A program made the translations under genes and the position numbers. DNA of 29,386 nt from Moniliella sp. 'wahieum' (taxonomy: Eukaryota): contig RSEE01000137.1 in the NCBI GenBank assembly GCA_003971905.1, forward strand, positions 124,001 through 153,386. Reading direction: 5' to 3'. The stretch's first letter is position 1, and the number at the start of each line of letters is the position of its first letter. This document shows, piece after piece, positions 1 through 11,898 of this stretch. The notes below the pieces were generated by a model, which made no database searches, had not been told where the DNA came from, and saw only the letters and a list, made by a program, of their open reading frames with translations.

Positions 1-1198
1 CCCACGCACCTCCCTCTCCCACCCGCACCCACACGCACACCCACACGCCCACCCGCACCCTCTCCATCCCCACCCGCACCCGCACCCCACACTCACACTC
101 ACACTCACACTCACACTCTCCCACTCGGGCCCGTCGCCGGACCAGGCCCGACGCCCACCCCCACCTCCACTCCGCATCCCAACCCCACTCCGAGCCCGCG
201 GCTACCACCCGCCACCACGGGGAGCCAACGCATGCCCCCGCTTCCCCCCGACTACAGCGGACCCACTGGACGAACTCCTTGCGCGTGGGGTTCCTGAATC
301 TATGGCGCTCACGCATCACATTTACTTTGACGGTGTCGACCTCGTCTCGCGCCAGCCAGACGGAAGACTCTACCCTCGGCCCACACATCCATATTGATCA
401 CCTGCACGATCCCGACGGCACAGCGTTCATCCAAGCTGCCTTGGCTGGCGCGCCTGTGGCTACCGCCACGCCTGTCCCACAGGGCACGGGAACGGGACCG
501 GGCACCGGCGCAGCCGCAGGTCCAGTGTTGTCGCACCGGGTGGACCAGGTGGACCGGGACTGGCTAGTTTGCCCGCTTTGTCGCCCTTGTCGCCACCGCC
601 TCTGCCCGCCCCGGGCTCAGGCTCAGGCTCGAGCTCAGCACCGGGCTGGACCGGGAGTGGGACCGGGAGTGGGAGTGGGATCGGGAGCAGGGTCAGGGTC
701 GAACACGTCGATCCCGACCCCGCTCATGCGCCCGCCCGGTCGCACTTCTCTCCCGCGTCGGGCAGTGGCTCTTCCCTCCCCGGTAACCTCCCCGGTGGAG
801 GACCAGTGCCAGGTGCCGTCCCAGGTGCCGTCCCAGGTGGAGGTCCATGTGCAGGTGCAGGCGCCAACGGAAGTCGGATGAGTTTGACGCCCAGTCCCGC
901 ACCGTACTATGGCAGCAACAGTAGTGGCAGTATGTTCCCTCTACGTGCGCATTCGCCGTTCCAAGTGACACCGGATGGGTATGCGTCTTTGTCCCTCCGC
1001 CCCGCGAGCATAATCCCTCCGCCCCGTTCTTCCCCCCCCCACCGCCGCGCCGCGGTCTTGAATGCCCAGCTGCAGGGGCATGTGCAACAGGAAAAGGGAA
1101 GAGGAAGAGGGAAGAGGGAGGAGGTGAGGAGAGAGCCTGGTTGGTCATCGTGGGTTTGGCTAGGTGGCCATGTTGGACCCGATGGAAATGGACGTTGA
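1..1198 (+). CDS. 3' part of a low-complexity His/Pro/Gly/Ser-rich hypothetical protein (runs off the window start; frameshifted)
   Basis: HP-repeat codons at 1-120, then overlapping ORFs 279-881 and 569-1198 with GS/GT/GP repeats. Stop TGA at 1196-1198 is followed by micro-repeats. No recognisable domain. Confidence 0.35.
88..118. repeat. (CACACT)n microsatellite
   Basis: Directly visible tandem cacact units. Confidence 0.85.
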
Positions 1199-1257
1199 AC
1201 TTGAACTTGAACGATGAAGGTTGAAGGTTGAAGGTTGAAGGTTGAAGGTTGAAGGTT
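1195..1257. repeat. (TTGAAC)x3 followed by (GAAGGTT)x6 tandem micro-repeat
   Basis: ttgaac at 1195, 1201 and 1207; six perfect gaaggtt units at 1216-1257. Confidence 0.95.
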
Positions 1258-1646
1258 GGCCTCAATAGTGACCTCGAGTTGTGGTGTGCCGTGCGTGGCG
1301 GAACGTGGGGGAGGCAGGCGAGGCGGTGTTGGGGTGTGTGTCGTAGGAAAAGAGTGTAGTTGCGGTGATGTTGTAGAAGAACGATGGTCGCTCCGTTTCT
1401 GTCTGAGTGCTACCGTCGAAAACGTCGGACTGGGGGTGTAGCTGCCTGTGCCCGTCCACAAGTGGAGTGACACTGCGACTACGACAGACGATGTTGTTGC
1501 GGAGCCCACTTCTGCTTCATCTGCAGTCGGAGTAACATGTTATCAAGTGGCTTCCATGAGTCCTTCGATTCAACCAATATTCAACCAATATTCAATCAAT
1601 CAATGCTCATATGTCCATCCCAACCCATCCGCCCCGCCTTCAAGCT

Positions 1647-4179
1647 TCACCCCACCACCACCGTCCGCATCTCCCGGCGGGCCTGGAGCAGCGCCGACCG
1701 CGCCGGAATCGGCCCCACGCGGGAAACCCGCCACGGGCGTTCCTGTGCTACGTCCACGCTCGTGGCCATCTCCGTGTCCTCGGCGTCCGCCTCGGTACCC
1801 GTCTCGAGCGCAGCGAGGAAGCGCATGGCGTGCGGGGCGAGCGGGCAGCGCTGGAGACAAAACTGGAACGTATCTGGTGCGTCGTCGGCAAAGCGGAACG
1901 GTCGTAACCGGTACGCGGCCAGCGGCGCAGACGTCACAATGGACACGCACGCGCTTCCAATGCAAGCTCCAACGCTACGTCGATGCCCCTCGCCTCGGTA
2001 CCTTCACTTTCTGGCCCTGTCGCGGTGACCGCTTGGTTGTCGGTGGTGGTGGTGGTGGTGTAGTTGCGCGTTCCAGCAGACGAGACGGGGAACACGTCCC
2101 GTACACCACCTGCGCGAAGGGCGTTGACAGCGCTTTTGGCCTCGGCCTCGTCGTCGGGACACACCAAGGCAGAGCGTACGTGAGCGAGGGAGCGTGCTCC
2201 ACGGTACGCAAGCACGATCGCCGTTGGTCCGTCCCACACAGCCCATCCGTCCTGCGCATGCAACCCCGTTCGCGCCCACCTCGTCCGCCACCCGGCTCCA
2301 CTCGCCCCACTCCCGTACCCACACGGCACGTACGGCCCCACTCGACCGTACATGTCGTACGGCTGCGCAGGCGGTTCGGGTAGTTCAATGTACCCCACCT
2401 GCACGTCGTCGGGGCCATGGTCGTTGGCAGTGTCCTCGGCAGTGTTCTCGGAAGTGTCGGTGGCAGTGTGGCTGACAAGGCCGTCGCCGCTATCGTCATG
2501 GTCGTTGTCAAGTTCGCTTGGGGCGACCGGGGTCGGGCGGGCAGGAGGAGGGGGTGGGGTAGGTGGCAAAGCACGTAACCGAGCAAAGTACGCAGGGTAA
2601 TCTTGCACGATCGCGAGAGTTGCGCCACTCCCAACGAGCAACGTGCCTGTCGCACTGTCCAGCTGGACCGACTGCCACGCGCGTCGGTACTGCAATCGCG
2701 TGTAGAAGCTCCAGTGCGGCTAAGGGGCCCATTGTCAGTTTCCTCTTCAAATGGCAAAAAAGGAAGGAGTGGCGGGGGAGACGTACGTGGAAGTCGCGCC
2801 GGTCTGCCTCGAGGCCGCCTTGGAACGTCGGGTGGCGGTGAGCTGGCCTGGGTGGGTGGTGGTGGTGCTGTCGGCATCAGGACACCACGAGGGGAAGGTG
2901 AGGGCAAAGTAAGGGGCGAACGGCCGGGGCAGCAGACGAAGGTGGTGGGAGACCGAGGCTCGCACGGCGGAGAGGGTCCAGAGGCCACGCGCCCTGAGTC
3001 AAGGACCAGAGCAACGCGCCCGAGTGCCAGTCGATCGCACATGCGTCTGCGCCCATGAGGTGCGCGACGCCCAGTGCTCCTCCTGTGTTGTTTGTGCGCC
3101 GCGCGCCAGCCCACCTGGCCCGCGAGGACGAGCGTGCCGTGCGCTGGGTCGAGGTCGAGGGCTGTGATGCGCTGAAAGCGGCAGTGCCTGATGTCCACCA
3201 TTCGCGATTCGCCCCGCGCGAGGTGGAAGAGGTGCACCTGCGTGCCTGTCGCGTCTGTCACGGCCAGCACGGCGTCGCGCAGCGCCATGTGCGCCACCGC
3301 CACAGGCGTGCTGAGTGTCGGACAGCGCGTCAGGTGCCCGTGTCGGTGCGTGCACAGCTTGAAGACTTGTATGTGCGTCGGGCCTGTCATCCGTCCGCCA
3401 CGCACCAGCACCAGCGCCATACACACAGCAGATCCAACGCAAAACAAGTACAATCAATCAGTCAGTCAGTCAGTCTCTCCCACATCCCGTTCCTACGGCG
3501 GGCATCGAACACATACCTTGCTGCGGAGCAATGAGGACGAGGAAGCCGTCGCCAACTTCGATGCGCGCATTGGCCGGCACCTCCTTCTCCGATACGCTCC
3601 ACAACGGCGGCTCGCACAAGTCGCCCTGCTCCGACTGAACTAGCAGGCCACCGCGCGTACCTGTCGCAGCTACCAGGCCATGGCCCAAGGGACGGAACTG
3701 GGCCACCTGAAACGTCGCCCCTGGTGCCAACTGCCCGCCGAGCGGGATGCTGGTCGGACACAGCTGCGGCGTCGCCTGCGCCGCTCCATCAACCCCACGC
3801 CCAAAGGACAAGCAGGACAGGTGGTGTAGCGTGACAAACGTCCGCCACGTACTTATCTCTCCCGACTGGGGCGGACCCAGCAGCGGAGGGTGCAAGGCCA
3901 CCGCGTCGGCCAACGTGCTGCCACTACTACTGTTGTTGTTGTTGCTGTTGTTGCTCAAGGTGGTAGGGGTGGTGGCAGCGGTAGAGGTGTGGATGTGGCG
4001 GTGGGGGTAGGTACGGAACAGAGGGACCAACGCTGGGCAAGCGTTTTCCAGATAGCCTCGTCGGCGACGAGGGTGTGGCAGTACTTGGCGACGCTGGCCA
4101 CGCGCGCTAGGTCGGTCGGGTCGAGGATGCCCGAGGCGAGCACGTCGCACGCCACCTCGTACGGCAGCTTGGCGAACAT
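1647..4179 (-). CDS. F-box protein with C-terminal beta-propeller-like (WD40-like) region; spliced, with apparent frameshift errors
   Basis: ATG at 4179 gives MFAKLPYEVACDVLASGILDPTDLARVASVAKYCHTLVADEAIWK, an F-box pattern (LP.E...L..V..V.K...L..D..IW). Later strand-turn blades include ITALDLDPAHGTLVLAG and WQSVQLDSATGTLLVGSG. The protein was pieced together across ORFs 3955-4755, 3470-4291, 1975-3453, 1934-2695 and 1647-1946. Confidence 0.75.
2720..2786 (-). other. Spliceosomal intron in F-box gene
   Basis: Donor GTACGT at 2786, pyrimidine tract, CTGAC branch, TAG acceptor at 2720. The next exon PHWSFYTRLQYRR is in frame with ORF 1934-2695. Confidence 0.75.
3384..3516 (-). other. Spliceosomal intron in F-box gene
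   Basis: Donor G|GTATGT at 3516, repeated CTGAC branch motifs, acceptor CAG at 3384. Splicing joins IAPQQ-G-PTHIQVF in frame. Confidence 0.8.
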
Positions 4180-5286
4180 GTCGAGGAGGTACCTGGTGGA
4201 AGTGGTGGAGGTGGAGAAATGGAGGTGGTGGTGGAGAAGAGAGGAGAAGAGGGGATGACGTGCGCACAGGAGGAGGTGAAGAGAGGTGCACCGAACGGGT
4301 GCTTTATATCCCAAGCGCCACCTTTCACCGCGTCTGCTCGGACACAACCGGAGCGGTGTTTCAGCCACAAAATACTCAAAGCAGCGCACCCGGCCAGTCT
4401 TCGTTGCGTTCCCCTTCTCTTTCTCTTTCTCTTTCTCTCTTCTCTGGCGCTCCTCCTGCTCCTCCGAGTCACTCGCCCACGCCCCCCCCCCGCACACGCC
4501 ATGCCTTCCGACGCACCCTTCTGCTGCCCCCCGCCACCAACACAAGAGAACGATGGTGTGGAAACGGTGGACGGTGACCGGTGAACCGGTGGCGATGATG
4601 AAGATGGAATCCGAATGATTAATGATGCACTGCTGACGTGTGACTGATAAGACGGAAGGATGACCGATGATAGCTATACTCGATCCGCTGAGCTCAGCGC
4701 TGGCTGGTCGCTGATGGAGCTGATCGTTGATCATTGATCGGGGCTTGGGGCGCATGATCGAGATCGAGTTGCTTGGTGGGCCGGTGGGTTAGCTTAGAGC
4801 TTGGCTTGCAGGCCGCAGTGTGAAAGAGGTGGGGATGGGACGGATGATTAATGATTGAGATCATCTCGACGGTCGACGTGCGACGTTCGAGCAAGAACAC
4901 AGAACACAGGTCGGCGCGGGGCCGCGCGGTCCCGCGCCTGTCTTTGCGCTCTCCGCCGGCTGTAGTAGGGCTTTACGAGCGGCCGTCACTGGTTACCTAT
5001 CCTGAAGCACTTGAAGCTCGAAGCTTGACGCTTGACGCTTGACTAGTTGACTCGTCGTCAAGTCACACGTCACGCGCCACAAGCAAATAGCAACGAGCAC
5101 TGCAAGTAGCTTCGCGTTCAGCCGGAGCTGAGGCTCAGCGCTAAGGCTCAGCACTCACAACTCAAAACTCACAACTCACAACGCACAACTCCCCCGCTCC
5201 TTCTGAGGGATCTCTTCGTCGGTCGGCCTCACATGTCACACGTCAAACGTCAAATGGAGAAGAGAGACGCGAACCGAAGGGGTGTT

Positions 5287-5347
5287 CTGGGTAAGGCCAG
5301 TAACCGGGGTAACCGGTTACCGGTAACAGGTAATCTTGGTTACCCAG
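5287..5347. repeat. Cluster of GGTAA(C)/GTTACC motifs forming nested palindromes
   Basis: Perfect palindromes GGTAACCGGTTACC (5308-5321) and GTTACCGGTAAC (5316-5327), bounded by the inverted pair CTGGGTAA (5287) / TTACCCAG (5340). Confidence 0.8.
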
Positions 5348-5667
5348 CTGTGGCTGCTGTGCCATCTTTTCTCTTGTTTCCCGACCAACGGCGGCCGCGC
5401 CACATGTGACTGTCACACGTCCCACGGGGGTGGCTATACTACGGCTCTCCCTCTGCGGGTCCTGTTTCTCTCCCTTCGAATATACTCGATCTTTTCTTGC
5501 TGGGAAACGATCCACGTCTAGCCGGTGGAGACGGCCTGGTAGCATTTCAGTATTCGGACCATTGAGAAGGGCCGGAAAGCAGCACTGGTACTGAGCATTC
5601 TCAATCTTGACCCTCAATATTGACCTAAACCGGTTACTTCCTCGAACTCATCCGTGTAGTGCATCCC

Positions 5668-5769
5668 CTTACGGACCACCAGAATACACAGGTCACAGAG
5701 GATTAGTGACTAGTGACTGGTGACGGTTCCTTTTGTGGACCGTGAGAGAGATGTCGGTCAACGACTCAC
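5668..5769 (-). other. Probable spliceosomal intron of a small unannotated minus-strand gene (~5600-6130)
   Basis: GTGAGT donor at 5769, CTAAT branch at 5702-5706, AAG acceptor at 5668. Flanking short ORFs have no recognisable product. Confidence 0.4.
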
Positions 5770-7144
5770 TGTGTCCCAAAGGCGGGTGCTGTGCTTGCAT
5801 CTATTGTTTTGGTTGTTGGGCCTTGAGGTGGATCACCGATATCAGAGTGGATCCCCCAAAAGTCTACGTCTTGTTGGGGTGAAACATACTTCGATTGAGA
5901 AGTAGGCGGTACGGGGTGGTACAGATATAAGTATAACCCACAGCCGATGGGCCACCGGAGGCGACCGGAAGAAAAGAGAAGATCCCTGAGGCTCACAGGC
6001 CCGAGGCCTGATCACTGATCCATGATAAATGTCAACTCGATGACCGCCCCGCCCACATTCAGTACTCAACGTACTCAAGTCCCCGTGTTGGGCCGACAGC
6101 GGTTGCGGTTGTGTGTGCGGGGCGCGAGACATGGGTGAAACATCTTTCTGCCGCCGGCTTCCGCCCCAAGATGCAATGCAACCGCAATGGCAGTGGCGAT
6201 CCGACGGCAGCGGATGGCTTGAAGCTTGAAGCTTAAAGCTTAATCAGACTGCAATGGTTGGGTGAGATGATCGACGATGACTCGATGACTATAATAGCTC
6301 AGTAACTAAAGACGATGGGTATCTGAAAAAATGTGTGGCGCAGAGCCCCCTTGTACGTAACACTTCAGCTCGGAGGGCTTGAAGCTTGATGCTTGATGCA
6401 CGGTGCTTCTTCGTCCTTGCCTATACTGTCCGCTCCGACTTGGCCCGATCCGGGGGAGCAACCAGAGTATAACATGTATCGCTGAAGAAAAAATATAACG
6501 CGCAACGTCTTGTACTCCCATGCGTTGGTGGTGGTGATGATGGTGATGATGGATGATGGTCCTGGGCATCTGTTGGTTTCTCTTCTTGGTGGGTCTACCG
6601 TCGACTGGCCCTGGTTCGCGCCCCCTGTCAACATCGTCACGTAGTCCCTCCAACGATAATGATGATGCCGCTGTGAGTGGCAAGGGGCATCCCACTGTGT
6701 TGCATGTCCAACCGCGCCCCCGACCTACAGTGGTCGTCGGCTGATGACTCTCGCTCGCAGTGCAATGTGTAGCAAGGCTGCGACTGCCCCGGCCTGGGCC
6801 GTAGTACCGTGTCTGAAGCCTACGGGACTTAGGGACAACAGGAGGCAGACGCACACAAGATACTACCTCGGGGGAGAACTGGACCGTGTACTTCTGCCTA
6901 GTTATATGGAATTCGATAGCCGAGCAGGCTTGCTAACAGGCAGCACCAACGCAGAGCGACGTTTCTGACATCCAGGTGGTTTCCCAAGGAGTGTCCAACT
7001 TTGACTTTTGCCATTGCTCTCCTCTACGCCCTCAATACGGTCCCTTCCCTCCGTCCTTTGCGGGCGCGGCCCGTATGTAGCTCTGCTGGAGGTCACAGCC
7101 GCTCGAGCCGACGCCCGTGCCGGGATGGAGCTGTTTTTGACCTG

Positions 7145-10100
7145 ATGCAGAGAACGCCGCGTTGCCGCAAGACTCCATTACCCCATGACGTTCGTCCCTT
7201 CTCCGCTCGCTTGTGGGCCACAAGTTGCTGCAGCCCTCGAACTCAACGTCGACTGGCACGAACCCTTTTCGAACTATGCTGTTCCCCCCCCCGACGCCGA
7301 CACGGCGTGGAAGGTTGCGGCCTGCAGAGGTTGCAGGTTAGGGTGTTGTTTGACGCTGCGGTGCACCATTGGTTCATCGGCACGTCGCCAGACTCGACCG
7401 AGCCAAGTTCCGGTTCGAAACGTCCCTTTTCGACGTCGGATGGCCACTTTCGTCATGGGAGAACATCCAGCCTCTCGCACTCGCCTGGAACGCATGATCC
7501 ATGCTCATCTACTTCCTCTTGGGGCAGACAGAGGGTGCGCTTCGTGTGTTTGATCGATGGCCAACCAAATACCTTCCAAGACGGTTTCCATACCGGCGTC
7601 CAACATTCCTCCGCCCATGCGGGACACGGTGACCATCATGCTCGTCAGTCTCGCTGCCAACCAGGGGGTTGCCGCTGCGACCGCGTGGTACACGACCTTG
7701 CTTAGTACTCACAAGAGAGTCGCCATCCCATCCTTTGAGCTTCTGCTCTCCTTGACCAACTTGCACGTGGACTCGGCGTTGGGGAAGGCGGATGCGGCGC
7801 TGTGGGAGGAGGGCAAGGCGACGGGACTGTACGCGCATCTGCTCAAGGCAATGGCGAGCCACATGAAGCAAGCGCGTCTGCGCCACACGTTCATCCACTT
7901 GGACCTATTTGAGAAAATCGTGTCGCCGCAGGTGGTGGCCAAAATGGATCGCGCGCAGCTGTCGGCGCTCTTGTCCTTGGTCCACACGGCCTTCTCCTCG
8001 GGCGTCGCGCAGGGATACGCCTTGCCCCTGCCCCAGACGACCCAGTTTAGCGCCGCCGCGCGTTGCTCTTGGCGCATGTGCTGCGCTGGACGACGGCGTG
8101 CGTCGACACGGTCCTCGGCGGCTCACCGAACGAGTACCGGCTCAAGATGGCCACCCTGCGACGCAAGACCGCCGCGGTGGCCAGGCGCATGTGCCAGCTG
8201 ATCGGCCTGACGATGCGCCATCCGGCCGGCCAGCCCAAGTTGGCGCCCGCGACGCTCCTCCGCGCGGCCGTGACCACCTTCACGCCGCTCCTGCGCACCT
8301 ACCCGTCGCTGCTGCAGGCGTGGCGGACCGCAGCAGCGGCGTGGCCTATGTCGACATCTGGTCCCCTCGCCTCGCTGCGGTCTACCGCCAAGTCCTCAGC
8401 ACCAGCGACGCTCTCCTCCGCCTGTTTTCCGCCGACGAATGGACAACGCTCCTCCGTGCGTTTGCCCATGAAGAGCAGGCTTTGGACGCCAATCTGGCCC
8501 GCCTGACGTCTCGCGGCCCCGGGATGGTGGCCGACGACTATGCGCGCCTGCTGCCCTCATGCTCCCGCGCCCCACCAAGTCCAAGCCCAAGGACATGTAC
8601 AAGGCCAAGTACAAGACGAAGAACAAGACGACCGAGACGACCGAGACCACGGAGAGCGTCGAGGTGGTGCGGAAACAACCCGCCGCGCCCTACATCGTTC
8701 GTCCCAGCATGGGCGCCGCCTTTGCCATGCTGCTGACACGCTACTCGGAGGACGTGGTGGTTCCCCTGCTCGAGAAGATGAACCCCTACTACTTCCGCGC
8801 GGTGTATACCATGCCATGGGAGGCGCCCCTCTTTGGGGAGCCTCCCGCTCCGCCCGTCTCGCTACCCAACATGCGGCTGCCGGTCATCTCGCAGAGGGCG
8901 CGTGCATCGCTCGGCACCGACGCGCAGACACTGGAAACCATCGCGCACAAGCTGCCATGCGCCTGTCGCGCGTGGTGGAGATCAGCGCCAAGGTGAGCGC
9001 GGCGGCGCACGAAACGTTCAGCTCGGAATCGCTCGAGTTCCGCATGGAGCGCGTCTGGGACCAGTTCCGCGCCTCTGCGCGGCACGGCAGGTACCCCACC
9101 CGTCGTACGTCACGGCGCTGATCCAGGTGTGCGCGCGCGGTACGAGATGGAGAACGTCAAGAAACTCTACCTCCTCGGCTTGTACGTCACGCGCAACATG
9201 ACCGACTCGGTTGCCCACATCATCCACGCCTGGGTCCGCCTGGAGAATGCGGTGATCTGTGCCTTGTCGAACATGGGCCGTATCCAGATGGCCAACGCGC
9301 ACCGCCAACGCCTCCTCGACGCAGGACAGCTGCCTTCGGAGCAGGCGTACAGCGCCATGATCAGCGGGAGCCAAGCCTTGCCGGACGACGTGGTGGTGGC
9401 GAGGGAACTGTTTAGCGAGGCGATCCGCCTCGGCGTCCCGCCCACCGTCGACCTCTTCAACGCCATCATCACCGCCATGGGCCGCGCGCGCCGGGGCAAA
9501 GAGACGCTGGACTACTACAAGCTGATGCGGGACTACCGCATCCAGCCCTCCAAGGCCACCTACCACGCCCTGATCACCGTCTTTGCCCGCCGCAACAACA
9601 TCCCCCGCGCCTGTTTCTTCTTCGAACGGCTGCGCGAGATGGACCACTTCCGGCCCACGACGGCCCTACAACACGTTACTACTCAGCTGCTTTGTCCGCA
9701 ACGGCAGGCGGGACTTGGTGCTGCAGTACGTTGAGCAGATGCGGTCCTACCACCCTCGTCTTTGCGGGCTACACATGGAAGCTGCTGCTGGACGCGTATG
9801 GGTCGATCGAACCGGTGGACGAAACCAAGCTGCTCGAGACGTTTGATCAGATTCGCGACGCCAACGCGATCGAGGCCATGCACTTGGCCACGCTCATCAC
9901 CGCGTACGGCATCCACACACAACAACATCGACAAGGCACAGGGGATCTACGATTCGATCACCCAGGTGTCGGGGACGCGCTTTGCGGCGTCGCTGCCCGA
10001 CGCGCTGTGCCACCAGGCGATGATGGAGGTGTACGCCCACCACAAGAAGCTGTGTGCTGTATGACTTTACGCAGCGCCTCGCGGCCGAGGGGTGGAGTTG

Positions 10101-10782
10101 ACGCCGTACCACGCCAACGTGGTCCTGCGTGCGTATGGCGTCGACGGCGAGCAAGGCGTGGCCGAGGCGCGCAAGGTGTTTGCCTCGATGCGCGACAAGG
10201 TCGACCCGCACGACGTCCAAGCCGTCCCGCACGACCGACTGGCGCGCATGAAGGCCGCCCACCCCATGCCCTCGTCCTACGCCGACATCATGCCGCCGGA
10301 GGTGGATAACCGTGCCGCCCCCTCCCCGCCTCCTGCCGATGCGCGTGTCCCCTCCCGCACTACCCCCCTCCCTCCCATGCCCACTGCCATCCCCATTTCC
10401 CCTCCACCTCCCCGCCCGCCGCCGCTCCGCCACGATCGCCGCCACCAGCGGCGGCCACGCTCAACCCATGGCACTCCACCGCCCGCGACACATCGACGTA
10501 CCTTGTCATGATCCAAGTCGAGCTCGTTGCCGGCCACCTCGACGCCGCGCAGTGGCTGCTGGACCGGATGGAGTGCCACGCCTTCCCTCGCATGGTGGTG
10601 AAGCAGGTGCGCACCCTTCTTCGCGAGTACGAGGACATTGGCTTGGCCGCACTCCACAACCATTCGCTCTTCTCGGGCAAGGACATGAACATGGCCCTGC
10701 CCTCGCTCGCCTGCAAGATACCTCGGCGGCCGTGGCCCTTCGCGAGATGGCGGTGCCGCCTGCAAACGACGACTCGGTGTAG
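7145..10782 (+). CDS. Large pentatricopeptide-repeat (PPR) protein, probably mitochondrial RNA-binding; start uncertain, about 10 apparent frameshifts
   Basis: Tandem PPR motifs: PSEQAYSAMISG, ARELFSEAIRLGVPPTVDLFNAIITAMGRARRGKETLDYYKLMRDYRIQPSKATYHALITVFARRNNIPRACFFFERLREM, RPYNTLL, GYTWKLLLDAYG, LTPYHANVVLRAYG, and STYLVMIQVELVAGHLDAAQWLLDRME. Codon usage is strongly GC3-biased throughout. Confidence 0.88.
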
Positions 10783-11804
10783 TGCGTGCCTGGTGCTACC
10801 CTCGTCTCTCGTTTGTCTCCCCCCCGATGCCTTGGGGGGCCCGCACTGGCCCCCTCTCAAAAAGTCTACTTGTACTCACAGGCGCCAGTGGCACTGGTGG
10901 ACCACTCTCATATGCATATTGTTTGCTCATCATCTGCGTGTTGGAAGGTTGGGATACTAGGCTGGGCCAAGTCTGTAGTAGGAATGGCAGAACGCCCAGT
11001 CGGATCGGACAGGCTTTTGCCCTCGCCCCGCTGCAATCCGCCGGGGGGCGAGGATACCGGCCTCAGAAAGAATATGATCGGAGAGGACATTGAAAGGAGA
11101 GTATGTATTAGTATCTAGGCCCCACTCTTCTTTCTGTCTTCATCTCTGCCATTTGAAGCACTATGGACCCGTGGTACTCTCTGGCAGCTGAGTAGTGGCA
11201 TACTCCAGCGATTGGACGTGTCCGTAACCACTCAAAGAGATGCATGATCTCGTAGTACTAGATCGTCCGCGTCATCGATCAGTGGGGGCGCTTTTTCATT
11301 AATCATTACTCAGTCGTCCTGTCTCCTCTCTTTCATTGTACCGGCTGGTGTGCATTGTGGACATCGGCCCCTCTTCGTCCCTCTGGCACCATGCCATCCT
11401 GGCCGTTGTGTCCGCCTCGCACGCCATGTCGAGGGGCCAGAGCAACGGGAAAGGGCCTCAGCGGGCCTCCGCTCGCGAGATGATTTGTTCTGGCGAGGAC
11501 TCAACCTGGGCTGGATACTATAAGCAGTAGTAGGAGCCAGCGCCTCTCGGTTCGAGGCTGGGTGAAAGGCACGAGACTCTCGCACTGAGTTCCTGGGTCG
11601 TTCAGAGGGTGCGCAGCTTCCGAGCGCCGCACGAGACGAGAGGGAGGCGGAGGAGTGGCCTTTTCCTACTGCGCTCCAGTGCCGTCGCATCTGTTCCACA
11701 GGCCGTTTCGCCGCCCTTGGGTTTTACACTGCGCCGGTGCCTTTTCTCCCTCTCTTCTGACGCCCTCTCACGCCCTCCCATATGCACCCTTGACTTGGCC
11801 GCTG

Positions 11805-11811
11805 TATATAA
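11805..11811 (+). promoter_or_regulatory. Candidate TATA box of the HMG-box gene
   Basis: TATATAA about 90 nt upstream of ATG 11899, followed by a CT-rich leader. Confidence 0.4.
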
Positions 11812-11898
11812 TACCAACACGCCTTTCCCTCAGCCCTCCGTTCCTCGCTTCCATCACCTACATCCCCCTGCCCAGCCCATCCTCTCCCTCGGCACACC

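Noticed and set aside
1216..1257. Telomeric repeat or CRISPR-like array
   Set aside because: The unit GAAGGTT is not the fungal TTAGGG, the tract is short and internal, and it has no spacers.
11500..11575. tRNA-like GGTTCGAG motif
   Set aside because: No acceptor stem, D arm or anticodon arm could be built.
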